From assembly GCA_051294375.1 (NCBI GenBank), contig CM119265.1, forward strand, positions 22,836,591 to 22,900,590: DNA of 64,000 nucleotides, given 5' to 3'. Position numbers and translations under genes: made by a program. Shown here piece by piece: positions 34,794 to 48,050 of the stretch. Origin of the DNA: Paraspadella gotoi. Its lineage: Eukaryota; Animalia; Chaetognatha. The notes beneath the pieces are model-generated. The model was not told where the DNA came from. It saw only the letters and a list, made by a program, of their open reading frames with translations, and ran no database searches. Each line of letters opens with the position of its first letter. Position 1 is the first letter of the stretch.

Positions 34794-36520
34794 NNNNNNN
34801 NNNNNNNNNNNNNNNNNNTTAAACAAAATCTAACCAAATCCCTAAACTGATCCCTAAACTGATCCCTAACCTGATCCCTAACCTGATCCCTAAACATAAT
34901 CCCTGACCAAAACCTTAAGCTCATATTTATGAATTATCCCTAACTATTAAACTAATTATTAAATATAAAAACAAACATGATTCTAAATTTAAGCGGAAAT
35001 AGGGCGCTTTCGAAACAAACAAAAACATGTTTTGTTTCAAAGTTTCACTATAAAATGACTGTTAACGATGTTAACCTCTCATCGCTGGGTTATTCCACAG
35101 TCATTTTAACTTTAATCTTTTTTTTTATCGCAGCCAATGACGAACTCCACGACGAAGAAAATGTTTCATTAAGTCGTAAGTCGCTACTGAAAAAAGAGAG
35201 AAAATCTAAGAAGTCGTCGTCGTCGTCGTCTTCGTCGTCGTCTTCGTCGTCGTCGTCTTCGTCGTCGTCGTCTTCGTCGTCGTCGTCGTCGTCGCTCTTG
35301 GGGTAAAAAATGGGTTTCGAAGATGAGAGGAAGTTTATTAGTCTGAGTGAGAATTAGAGGGAAGAAGGTGATGGTGGGGAAAAGTAAGGGGGGAGGAGAA
35401 GAGAAAAAGGATAAAGGAAAAAGAAAGGGAAGGAGAATGGAAAAGAGAGAGAGAGAGAAAAAAAAAAGAAAGGAAAAGAAAAGAAAGAAAGTAGAAGAAT
35501 GAATGATGAGAGATTTTAGAAAAATGAAAGTACCATCATGGAAAAAATAACAGTCGCGGTAACTTTCCAGATATTACAGCTTGTTAAGAACCATCTTTTA
35601 CCCCAAATCTGATAAAGAATATTATGTCGGAGATAAGAGAGAAAGCAAAAGAAGGACAGAAAAATAGAGAATGTAGAAGAAGAAAAGGAAAAAAAATGAG
35701 AGAAAGTAAAAGGAATAGAGAGAACTTTAAAAAGGGAGGAAGTCAACAGTGGATCTGTTACTAAAGTTATCTCGTCTCAAAAAACGAATCATTAAAGATT
35801 TATTATGTTCCTAGCTGACCCGACTTTCCTGTAACTGTCCGTAGAAAAGGGATTGAGAGAGAGTGAGTGAATGAGAGAGAGAGAGAGCGATAGCGAGAAG
35901 AGAGAGAGATAGCTGGCGCCATGAAATAAGTGACGAACCGGCGAAGCGGATAAAGAAAGCAGGGAAAAAGTCATCGTAAAAAAAGAAAAAAAAGAAAAAA
36001 TGATAAGAAATTCGCGTCAAATTCGATAAGAGATGAAAAGGAGAAATAAAAAAGAAATTAAGTTTATCGTTGAATGAAAAAGTAATAATCCAGTTATTTT
36101 CTTAAAAGTCTTATTGCAATAAAAAATGGGTTACCGAAATTGAAAACACGGAATTGTGATTCCGTGAAAATTGAAAGGAAAATTGAAAGGAAAATTGAAA
36201 GGAAGTTCGAGGGGAAAAAATCATGATGCTGATGATGATGATTAATGGATCCCTCGTCGAGGAAAATGGATTCAGAAGGAAAGATTCCAGTTGAGGCTCA
36301 AGAACTCGGGACTCAAATATTTTTTGGGGGGGATTTTATTAAACTGCGTTTTAAACTTAGTAACGTTGACAGAGACAAACTTATCTATTTACATTAAAAC
36401 CAATTCATGTATATTTTTAATGATATTTAAAATTTTTATTTAATTTTTTTCCCCCGCTAGTTATTACTATTTCGTTTACAGGATCATTACTGAAAAAAAA
36501 AATATAACAAGAATAGAATT

Positions 36521-37476
36521 TCCAATGTGTGTTGCGCCGTAGTAACTTTCTTATGTCGTGTATTTCTGTGTATCCTCGACACGCGCTGCGTTGGAATCTC
36601 GTCTTTGATTCTTTATAGTTTGTAAGATTCAAACTTAACAAATACTTCTGTCTTAACAAATGACCATCCAACTAACGTAAGTGGGACCGACGGACAGACA
36701 TACCCACCTAAAAGTAAAAGAGCTGATCCGCGAGTCTTTCATATCGAGTATCGAATCGGGTATTGTTCAAACTGAAATTAATCAATGCCCCTCGACTCCA
36801 GCTGGATTTCACAATCGAATGAATCACAAATTTGATTTTTCGCTTATATTCAGTCAGGCTTTGTCGATAGGTCGGACCGGCCAGTGATATTTAAATCAAT
36901 AAATCTGCCTTTATTGTTAGTTAAATTTGATCAACCTCTAATATGAGCTATGATTGAATTATGAAATATCGCTGGTTTAATCTTGACAATTCAACGAATT
37001 AAACAGAGCCTATTTGCTATCGAGCCGCGACAACGTACTTCCGCTGACCAATGACCGAAGGCCGACTCAATCTCTCTTTCCGTTCACCTAATGGACGGCC
37101 GCCACTGCGTTGGCGCGATTATTTATTTTTTTTACTTTCTTGGTGAATGCGAATGAAAAATTGTAAAATATAAAAAGTAAATATACGATTAATCGTTAAA
37201 CTTGACTGAGAGGGAAGATCTGAGGGGGATAGTAAAAAAGTAAGAAAACAAGATCGGTCCATCCAATGTGTTGCGCCGCAGTGACTTTCTTTTCACGTGA
37301 GATCACATGTGATCATAAGACTACATGATTAGAAAATTTATGTTTTAGGATTTCCTGAAGGCGGTAAGATTTTAGGTTTTTTTTTCCTGTCTTAACAACT
37401 GAGCAACCAAGTTATGAGCTTTTTTATTATAACTGGGATAGACTGACGGACCGACCGAAAAGTTGCTCCGCGAGTA
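36521..37476. mobile_element. Two related ~215-bp dispersed repeat copies (36521-36737 and 37262-37476), possibly Helentron/DINE-like
   Basis: Shared colinear blocks ccaatgtgt(g)tgcgccgYagtRactttctt; ctgtcttaacaa; gacggac..; aaaag.gct.ccgcgagt. The family assignment is inference. Confidence 0.55.
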
Positions 37477-37761
37477 ATAAAGGAAATTAGCAAATAATAA
37501 GCAAAAGAGAATCAATATAATATTATCGGGAAATTCCTTTCGAGATCAGAGCTGATATTGGGCTCGATTACGTCATTCCTAATTTCCTAATTTCCTAATT
37601 TCCTACAACCCAATTCGAAAGTAGAAAAAGACTCTTTCTTTCTCTCTCTCCCTCTTTCTTTCCCATTCATATTCTACTAAGTTATTATCCACTGTCATTG
37701 ACCGATGTGACATTTCAAACTGTTTACACTTGACAAAGATGTGCGATTTAATTCAACTTTC

Positions 37762-37800
<39 letters not shown>

Positions 37801-39393
37801 CTCTCTCTCTCTCTTTCTCGTAATTTTTTTTTTAAACAAGGCGTTAAATCAACCGAGTTGTTTTGATTCGATCGTTATACGAACTTCGGAAACCAAAGAT
37901 TTTCAGTTGAGTCAATCGCGACTCAAGTTTATTTTACGCTCGATTTTTTTGTTGCAAAAACTCAAACAAAATCGGAACAGAAAAAAAAAAGATTTTGCGC
38001 AAAAAAGTGGGGGAAAGTTCCAACGGAGAGACGGAGTGTGTGACACGAGGGGAGAGAGACACAGAGAGCGAGACTCCAATCATTCCTTGCTTTTTCTTGC
38101 AGCGTTGCAGTGATTCCACTTGAGTTTTTCACCCTTTCCTTCATCGTTCACCTTTTTTGGCCCTCGAGGGAAATTTTCACTTTTCTCTCTCTGATTATCT
38201 CAAATCTTGGCTTTAACTTTTTTTCGGCTTTACTTAGCTTTTTAAATTTTCAAAATTGCTTAAACAGTGAGCCCACAGAAGAGCACACACAAAAATTCAC
38301 TTCTTTCGATTTCTCTCGTTTTTTTCTTCTTTGAGATCGAATAATCGTAGGAGGAACATTCAATTAAATAATAAATTTACGTTCGCCAATAAGTCAAATA
38401 ACAGTTTTTATCGGCAGCTGCGATTTGACACTTTTCGGTCAATTTTATCATTTTATTTTTTTCTTGACATAGCTAAATTTAGGTTTACGCCTAAGTAAAC
38501 CAGAGAAAAATTTAAACTTTGTTTCAAAATAACCGGAATAAAAAAATATTACCATTTTAACCTTCATAATCAACATGGAGACATCTCATGTCGAGCATCC
38601 GGTCAAATAAAAAAGTCACGTTAAAGGTCAACGATCATCAGCATAATTTTTTTTGTCGTCGCACGCTATGTGCTTTGTTCTCAAATGAGGAACTAAAAAA
38701 TGTCTTTCGTTTAATATTCCATTCAAGATTCAATTTTCGCTAAGAAAAGTTTCAAACGTAATTAATAAAATAATAATAAATTAATTAATCTCAGATGCTT
38801 AGCCAACTTTTAGCCCGAGAGTCAACAGAAAAATCAGTAAAAAAAAATAAAAGGCGCTTCAACATTTCCCAGCTCAGAACAGGTTAGTCGAATCAGCTCG
38901 TTTTCCATTCTTTGCTTTAGTTACGACGACGACGACAAAATCGATTCAACCCTTACCCGACGAGTCTCGCCTGAGGAACACTTGAGAAATCATCATTGCC
39001 AAGTAAATCAAATATTTTGAAAAAAAAAAGATCTGCTCCCATCAAAGATTTAAACGAAAATAACTTTAAAAAAATAATCTTTATTTAGATCAAAACAAAA
39101 CAAATATTTTTTTTAAGGGGAAAACCATAAATTGAACCGCTCCCACATAACGATAACGAAAGTTAAAAAGTTTGAAAACTCATTAATTATTAAAAAAAAA
39201 AGAAAAAGAAAAATAATGACGAATAAAAAACAAATCCAATAAACGAGAACGAAAAAGAACGGGAATTTTTAAAATCGAAAATGTTTTGTCGGGTTACAAC
39301 GCGGGTCGCATTCGCCTGGATTTTAATTTAACAATTTGCGTTCGAATTGCAATGGCTTAGAACGTAAAGTCTTCCATAAAAAACCTTTTTCGG

Positions 39394-40557
39394 ATGCCAT
39401 CAAATCCCCGGAATCGGACGATGCCGGAATTCGTCCCCGGCGTCGGGTTCGCTTCCGGCTTCGGCGCCGACCGGAAAGACCCCAAGTTCAAATTGTCCAA
39501 GAGCATCGCAGCCTCGGCCACGGGCCTGCTCGTCGCTGTCTTGGGTGAGTAGGAAATTTTTGGGCTGTAAAATCGAGTCAAATATTGAAACAATTTAATA
39601 TGTACATTTCTATACATATTTTTACATTTATATACTACTTTATCGTAAATATATTGGGCGTCAGACAGTTAATTCTTTTAGTTTATCAATTACAGAAGCC
39701 GAAACAAATTTGAAGGGAACTTCAACTTGTTAAAGCTTACCAATGACGCTGTAAATTATTCAGGCACTGACCCGCATTCACAGTTTGTGAATCAGTTGGT
39801 GAAAAATTGGACGATAGTATCGTCACTCGTCAGTCGTCTTCACTTTACAATTTTCTTATCATACAGGCGTATTCCTCGTGAGTCTCGGCCTCTTCTTCCC
39901 CGTCGCCTCGTCGCAGGCTTTCTTCGTCTCCGGCGTGGTCATCGCCGCCCTTGGATTCGGCGCCATGATCTTTGGCTGCACGACGGCGGATCACGGGAAT
40001 CGGATAAAGGAGCACGCCTACTTGAAGGGAGTCGACTGCCCGTGCAACGGTTGGTTTATCCGTGTTAAATGTTAAATTGTTGTAGTAAATGATTTGAAAG
40101 TAATTGAAATTACCCTCAGTACTCGCAGGACATACAAAGTAAAATTATTTTAAATAAGTACTACATACATACATACTCTATAGGATAAGTAAATGATTTT
40201 TTTAAACGATTGAAACGATCAAGTTTCTTTACCCCCAACTTTCTAGCCCCGGAAGACAGTCCGTTCCAGCGCGGATACCGCTCTCCGTCGCAACCGCCCT
40301 CCGGCGAAGGCTCCACCGTCACCACAGTTTCGGACCAAAGCACTTCCGGCATAGGGGCGTCGGCCAACTCCACTTCCGGCCTGGGGGCGTCGGACTCACC
40401 GCTCCCGTCACCCCGTGCGCGCCTCGACGATCTCGAACTCCTAGACGCCTCCTCCTCTTCCTCGCACGGAAACGAAGCCGGCGCGACGGGCGGCGCGGTC
40501 GAGGAGACGACGTTGCGCGACACGGCGTCTTCCTCGGCTTTGATTTTTACGATATGA
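39394..40557 (+). CDS. Small two-TM protein with Ser-rich disordered C-tail (~214 aa, 3 exons)
   Basis: Exons 39394-39544, 39867-40049, 40247-40557 (phase 1/1, GT-AG). Hydrophobic segments IAASATGLLVAVLGVFLVSLGLFF and AFFVSGVVIAALGFGAMIFGC; ends LIFTI. GC-rich codon usage like neighbouring genes. Confidence 0.75.
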
Positions 40558-40949
40558 TCAGGAGAGGGAAATCGATCTCTTAACGACACTTCTCTCTCTC
40601 TCTCTCTCTCTTCGTCGAATCTACCGTTCAATTTACAAATAGTACGTTCTTGTTATACGCGATTGTTACTTTACAATTTTCAGCCATTCCTGATTCCATG
40701 TTCTGTGATAGAGGTTTGTATTCGAGTTTTAAATATACGTCTTAATCGTTTCATGTTCATATTTTTTATTGAAGTATACTCGACTAGCGTTCGTGAGAAA
40801 ACTTTGAGGTCTGATCTTATTTAGCGTTTAATATAATTTCTACTTTCAGTATGTAAAGTGGTCCCTATAGTTTTTCAACTAACTTATTTTAGGTACTAAA
40901 CTGCTCTCCAATATACTTGCAGAGTTCAAAACACGTTTTGACAATTATG

Positions 40950-41053
40950 AACAATTTCGAAATGGATGCACAAAATTTCTTAAGCACTTTCTTAATAATT
41001 TCGCGTAATAAATATGTACTCTGCATACTTTGTGCATCCATTAAGAGATTGTT
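40950..41053. repeat. Inverted repeat (MITE-like remnant)
   Basis: Perfect 14-bp arms AATGGATGCACAAA (40961-40974) and TTTGTGCATCCATT (41029-41042), imperfectly extended by aacaat/attgtt. Confidence 0.65.
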
Positions 41054-44000
41054 TTTTTTTAGGATTCTATTTTCTGGGTAAATAACACAGAACTAGACCA
41101 GAAGAAAGCAGGAAGAGTAGTGCCTCCATGCTCAGAACAGATGCACTGGATAAAGTTTTACACTGCAAAAGACATTGAAGTGTGTACGCTTTGTTGATTG
41201 GAAGGGGTTTTCTACTACGACGAGACTATTACAGTAAACTACAGTTAAGAGAAGCACGGATAATTTGATCTCACTTAATAAGCAGTTGCAGTGCAGCAAA
41301 ACTATTCATAATCTTTTCTCAGCATGGACGCATACAAAATCGAACTTTTTTCAAGGCGAATAAAAATTCTCTCGATTCGTCAGGAATTCGACAGCGGCAA
41401 ATTTCTTAACCAATTGGAGAAGAAAGCGGGAATCATTCGTGTTAACTCTTAAAAAATAAAAAGCGGCAAAACATTTATTAAATAATGATATGCAAGTAAT
41501 TTTTTTTTTTAATGTTCATTTGAGAAATGCGTTTCGCGAAATATAAATCGCTAAAGAAAGCTTTCTACGTAGCTTTACTTCTAATATACGAATAGAGTAT
41601 CAAGGAAAGGTAGGGGGAAATATCGGTCGAGAATTTGCAACTATCAAATTTTCGTTTTATCGAATTTTTATCGGTGGTATATTGTTTTTTTTTAAAAAAG
41701 AGAGAAGGCCGGAATTTAAAATGGGGAAATGATTTTACCAAATGTCTTTCGATAAAATATTTTAAAAATAAAACTATTAGTAAATTCAATAATGAAAAAT
41801 CCAGTCCGTCCTTAATCCGACCTTCGTTTAAACACTTTTTCTCCTAATTTTAGTTTTTTGTTTTTTTTGTTTCAATTTTTGTAAAGTTTTAACGTTGTAT
41901 ATAAGCTGACTGAGGGTAGTCACAGTCAGCAGTTCTTTCCATGCCTCGTTCTTTCTGATCACTGAAACTTGACACGACGTCACACACATCTACTGTGCGT
42001 TGATATGGGATCCCGTACACCGCTTCACACAGGGGGAAAAGAGCGAGAGAAGTAGAATTGACTACTCATAATTGGAGATCACATTGTGGAAAGAGATAAA
42101 GCTAGGGAGACTGGGAGGGAGAGAACTGAGAAGAGGAAGAGAAAAGAGGAAGAGACATTCAGGAGCCGATATCAAATCGAGGCAAAATGGAGGGGAAGAA
42201 GTAGTTTCGTCGATCGCGAATTTTTATTAAAAATAAATTGAAACAATTTCTAAGAAATCATCGTTTTGTTAAAACGAAGAGAGCGAGGAGAAAAAACTTA
42301 TTCCAACCCCACTACCTCGGGTGCGTGACTTTTTGTTTTTATTTACTTGGGAACTGTTAAGATGGGGATACCAAGTAATTCTACAGGTATCACACACGAC
42401 GACCTATCAGAGGGAGGGAGACAGGGAAAGGAGGCACAAGTACAGAAAACACTATTTATGACTGGATAGAAAGTGATTTTTGTTTTGTTTTTTGGTTTTT
42501 TTTTTTTTTTAAATAGGTCCGCAATCACCGATTGCTGGTTCAAAAAAGGAAAACGAAAAGAGAGAGAGAGAACGGAAAGGAGGTAGAGTGTAAACGACGG
42601 GCTGATCTTCACTACGGAGACGCGTGAGCATTTTTTGCGCTGCTCTCGAAAAAATCTCGGAGAAAACAACCCATAGTTTCGACGCCCACCGCCCCTTAAT
42701 GTCCTCAAGGGTGTGAATGATGATCATGGCAGTAGAAAGTGACTAAAAAAGCTCAAAAAAATGAATTTTTCTTCTTTTCAAGGAAATGAGGATCTAAAAC
42801 AAAGATTCACGTTTTGTTTACTTTTCTGTACCACGATACTTCGCTTGTTGACGAAAAACAAAAATAATATTTTCCTATATACGTAGCAAGCGCATTATTT
42901 TCGTATACATAAGATTGTCTAATCGTACGGAAATCTGCATATGTCCAAAAAAAAAAAAAAAGTGTAAGTATGGGGTTTGGGTTATAAAATAACCTGGGGT
43001 CGGGATAGGAAGCGGGTAATCGGTCGGGCGAGGTTTAAGATCCACAACCGCCAATAATATCGAGAAAATGAAAACCCTTGCTACGTACGAAGGTTAAACG
43101 AAATAAAAATAAACAACTTTTGTTTTTAAAACGAGGTCAATATTGCATCTAAAGAGAGAGAGAGAACAGGGAGAGCACAAAAACACGGTGATAAACATTT
43201 TATGATTAGTGACTGGTCGGATGGATGTAGGAAAAAAAAAAATTAAATCGAAACAATTCAAAAGGAACGCCAATCAATACTCATAAAAGTGGATATCGAC
43301 ATGAATATGAAAATACGATTTCTAAAGAACTAACAAATGGATCTGTCGCCTTTTTTTTTCCTCTAGAATATCGAAGATCTTTTTTTTTTTTTTTTTTAAA
43401 GTTGACAAGGCGGGAGAAACCGGCACAATCGCTGGGTAGCAACAACGAGTTGATTTAAGCAATAAGATTAAATCTAATCTAGTAAAAGGAGAATCGATCA
43501 CATTTGGCGGAGAGTGTGTAAAAAAATGTTGAGGCTCCAATCGCGTTAAAGCGCAAATCGGACTGACGTTTATTAATTCCATAGATTTGCGGATAAAAAT
43601 AGAAGTCGGAAAAAAAAAAAGAATAAAACGGGCCTCTCCTCGCGTTAACGGGAAATGGGCCTCAACCACAGAATACAAAAAGCAATAAAAATAATATGAA
43701 GTCAACGTTTGTGCAAACTTCTCCCGTCTTTTCCTTTTTTTTCCCCATTAGGGGGGGGGGAAGGGGTAATTGGGGAGGGGGGATTGATATTCAACATGCA
43801 AATACAATTATATCTTTTTTTTCTATTAATATCTGTTGATTTTGTTTTGACAACGATCACATTATCTACGCGAGGAGTGAGTTAGTAACCATTAGACAAG
43901 CCAATAGGTTCACTTTTTTTTTTTTAAATCGGTACAGGGTCGCCGCCATCAACTGCACCAACAAAACAACAGATGACGCAACTGATGGTGGAAACTCAAA

Positions 44001-45873
44001 AAATAAGGAAACAAGAAACCCGATTAAGAGATAGGCGCTCTCTTCCCCGGTTTATAAAGGCAATAATTTAGCGCAAAAACTGATCTAAATAAAAATCAGG
44101 ACTTTTTTCATTTTAAATTTCTTATTCAAATTCCATATTTCTAGTTAGTCCACTTTTGCACTAATACTTGACATTGAAAAAAATTGGATCTGACCAAGAC
44201 CCACAAATTGAGTCTGAACAGTCTAGCGTAACAAACGAAAACAAAAATATAGACAGCATTTTCAGGTTAATTTGATCGAATACGTTAAGTTATTTTCCAT
44301 GTAAATGCTGTATCTTTATCAAAGGAGCAAACCTATAAAAACTGCCATTTCCTATTACTGATCAGTGTTGACACCTAAAGGAGGCTTTTTAGCATGAACT
44401 AGATAAGGGATAGAAAATGGACAATTTCTAAGTTTAAAAATCACACAGTTTACACTTGATCCTGGAATGGTAATGAAATTTATGAAAAGGAAGCAAGTGA
44501 AAATGAAACTGATAATATTTAGTTCTAATTGGTCAAAATAATTTTCAAAAAAACTTAACTGAACAAGATTCTGACCAAGTAGAGAGCCTTCAAAAGGCTT
44601 ATCAAAGCATGTTGCCTGCTCCCTCTTCAATTTTTTCACTACCACGTCTTAAAAGTGATATTGAGGTGCCTTAAGTGGCAGACGAATAAAACTAATAACA
44701 AACAACACAATGAATCACACATTTAGTCGCACATGTGCGCAACTATGATAGAATTGATATAAATTTCTATGCCTCAGTTGAAAATCGCTACGAAGAAAAA
44801 CGAATAATTTAGATTTAATTCTGGGGGAAATAAAGTTAAAATGAAAAGAGTTTCTCCGGAATTCTCAACTGCTTCACAGAATGACTCGAATTTGATATGA
44901 CGCCAGCAAGAATTTAAATATACCAGGTTTAAATCATATTTAAAAAAAACTCCGGGATAATAAATTAAAAACAAAAACATGGCTCATATCCTGATAATTT
45001 AAAGACTTACCTTGTGAAAATTGACTCGATGCTTGCATCATTGATGTTTGGACAAATACGATTCGTTGTACATTCAAATGCCAAAACTCTTGATTTGGAA
45101 TTAAAGAAACTGTTTTAGCATTTTTTAAAAAAGAAGCTAACATGTCTGAAATCATAATCGCCAACTATATAGAACTCTCAGAGTATATTGAAACGCTGAC
45201 AAAAATGATTTCAAAAATACTAGCTTGGAATAATAACAAAAATATTATTTTTCGGTTGAACTTGAATGCTTAAAATAAATCAACTAAACAAATATCGATC
45301 AACAAGAGTATTGTCACATAATATTCAAATTATTTTCATTGTAAATCTTCGAAATAAGAAAAATGAAAGTTGGTTGATTACCAATTCGGCTTGTCTTTCA
45401 ATTTGAAGCTGTACTACTTTCAAAAATGCTGAAGCAAGGAATTCCAAAAAATCGATTACACAATAACTTCTACGACTCGAACGTAAGACAGTGATTTGAC
45501 TTAGGGTTATACTAGTAGGGAAGCGATTAATTAAAACACCAAGTGGACTTAAAAGACTACTAATTGTGCACAAGAACAAGTAATGAAATATTTTTTGAAA
45601 GAAAAAAAATCTTTAAATATCATACATCGCTGGCCAGCATTTTAAAAAAGTAGTTCAACTTTCTAAAGAATTTGAAAATCGTCTATTCCCGCTTGAAAGT
45701 CTAAAAATAATTATATTCGCGACGCTTTTTATTGACACTGAAAACCAACTCCCCGATGAACATCCCATAAATAAAAGCGGAGACGTAAAAAGTCGAAGAC
45801 CAACTTTTCTCTAGCACCCTATCCCATCCCGCCCCTTCCCCTACAAGTCCCCCTTTCCTACCCTTCCGCCCGT

Positions 45874-48050
45874 TCAGCCGCGTTTGGTCATGATCTTCAA
45901 ATACTGCAACGCGTTGTGGGCGGCGTTAGCATGGGCATCTTCCTTGGAAGACCCGAGCCCGTGACACACAGCCACCGGCATCGTCGACAACTGGACGATG
46001 CATTGCTCCTGCCCGGCGATGGACACTTCGGGAAGGTCTACGTAAGTCACCTTAAGAAAAGAGGGTGACCGTTAGAAACAATGTCATCGAGAGATTGAAG
46101 AAATGTAACGACGTCAGTGGGTAGAGTCAAACCTCGAAATTGTGTTCGTCGGCGATCTGACGCAAAATGTCGACAAAGTTGAGCCCGGGCGCGTTGAGGC
46201 TGCTGCCGTGCAGAGTCGACAGCGCTTTTCCGGGTTTGCTCTTGATGTTCTTGAAGAATTGCGTCACCGCCTTTCCGGTTTGGTTGTTAAGCGTCTGGAT
46301 CTTTTTTCCGTCCTGAAATTTTTGAGAGAAGGGGGAAAGAAGAAGTCTGAACGAAAGATGTCTAAATTGTTTAAGGAATGGTGAAGTAACTGAATCTAGT
46401 AGGTCAAACCCACAAGAGTAAATTTGGATTGATCGCCGACTTCACCTTGAGCATCGCCAGGTACGACGCTTCCACGGCAGAGTTGCCCTCGAAGTCTTCT
46501 CCTCCGTCCTGCTCCTCCAGCTTGGCCGCCTCAGATTCCAATTTCTTTAACATGTTGTACGCCGCCGCTCTGTGAGAAATAGGACTCGGGATGAGGCCCT
46601 CGCTAAAAAACTTTGGGTGTACTACGCAAAAGCTGGGGTATCGTTTGAAAAAAGAATCAGGAACCAAAAATGTATCAAGTTGCTCACTGGGGCGTCAGGT
46701 TCACTCCCTCAACCAGTCTGCAAAAATAAGTAACCAAAAAAAAAAAAGTTAACTAATAATAAATAACTTAACTTGTATCCTTAAAAATTGAAAGGAATTA
46801 GGGAATTTAGCGTGTTGCATTTACATAGACGAAATCATAAGTTAAATACCGTTTCGCAGTCTTTTTCGATTTTCCGATTCCCGTCTCTTTGAGTTTCCCC
46901 AAATTCACGATGCAGACGAACTCCCGACAGTGAGGGGGACCTGCTGCGGAAGGGTGGAAAGGGGGATGGGGGGGGGGTTCCGCGCGCGAGAAGGGGGCGG
47001 GAGGACAAGAGACTGTAAACGATTTAACTCTCAATGAGCGATGTGTCTTATAGGCGGACGAGGATCGGCCGGGCGCTGGACAGACCTTGCTCCGAAACGA
47101 ACTCGTAGATGGGAGGGCGGAGCAGCTTCTTCTGCGTGAACTCTTGAAGGCCGCCGACGGGGTTGCCAGGGACATTGTCGTCGTCGGCCGAGTCGGGGAT
47201 CTCGATCTTGGAGCACGCCTTGGCGAAGAACTGCGGGGAGAGGGAGAGATGGGACGTTTAGTCAGAATTCCGAGCTAATGTAATGTCAATCATCAACAAT
47301 CATCAAACTAGGTATTAAAAGACCGTGAAGCTTAACTAGACTTGCTCTTAACTTAAGGCGCCAGCTGTCGGGAGATGTCTCGCACCCCGGGAATCACACA
47401 AGCTTCCCCGTTGCCATAACAACCCCTTCATTGGTCTTATATGATCTCCACAATCGCAACCTCAATGGCTGAACTTGAATTTAACCGCTAAACTGATCTC
47501 AACATCACTTCTCAAATCCCGGGTCCCAGGTTGCACCCATCCCACCAACCTGTGACATATCCTGGCCGGCGGCGGAGGCGACGACCTCCCTGATCTTCTC
47601 CAGCGCCTCCTGAGCCGCGCAGTGCTTGGCCTTCTTCTTGGAAGGGCCCTTCCCCGTGGCCACGATCTCGCCGACGACGACGCGGTAGACGAAGATGGGC
47701 TCGTGGACGGCGCCTTCGTTGGCGATCAGATCGTAGGTAGGCGTCATCCCACGCTGAGCACAGAACTCCTGCAGCACCGAGATCGGCGTCTTCGTCGGCA
47801 TCGAATGCGACATCACGGCCGCCGTCGCAGCCGCCGAAGCGGCAGCTCCGGCCGTGGACGGCGCTCCTGGGGCGCCTGCGATGGGCACGAGGGGGGAGGG
47901 GGGATTAGATGAGTTGATCGGACAAGAAGAGCGCGCATTCTTCGGTTCACTCTCGTTGAGGAAAAAATAGAGGCGCTTACCAGTGGGAACTACGCCGGGA
48001 ACGGTCGGGACCGCGTGAACGGCGACGCCATTGGCCGCGGTCTGCGTCAT
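45874..48050 (-). CDS. loqs: Loquacious/TARBP2/PRKRA-family Dicer cofactor with three dsRBDs (~370 aa; may extend further 5')
   Basis: Exons 48050-47981, 47875-47550, 47230-47086, 46940-46850, 46569-46446, 46312-46133, 46050-45874 join in phase. dsRBD1 KTPISVLQE..HEPIF..GPSKKKAKH; dsRBD2 NPVGGLQE..PPHCREF..GKSKKTAKR; dsRBD3 ..QLSTMPVAVCHG..AAHNALQYLKIM. Upstream acceptor at 48077 and a candidate exon ~48233-48273. Confidence 0.95.
47363..47500 (-). ncRNA. Candidate intronic box H/ACA snoRNA
   Basis: Sense within the 319-nt loqs intron: hairpin, ANANNA (ATATAA/AGACCA at 47442-47432), hairpin, ACA (47368-47366); ~138 nt. Stems are GU-rich and imperfect; no target identified. Confidence 0.3.

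Noticed and set aside
44355-45580. Faint LINE reverse-transcriptase-like words (KNAKTVSLIP, FDKPFE, SLLSPL)
   Set aside because: Order and spacing are inconsistent with RT motifs; too degenerate to support.
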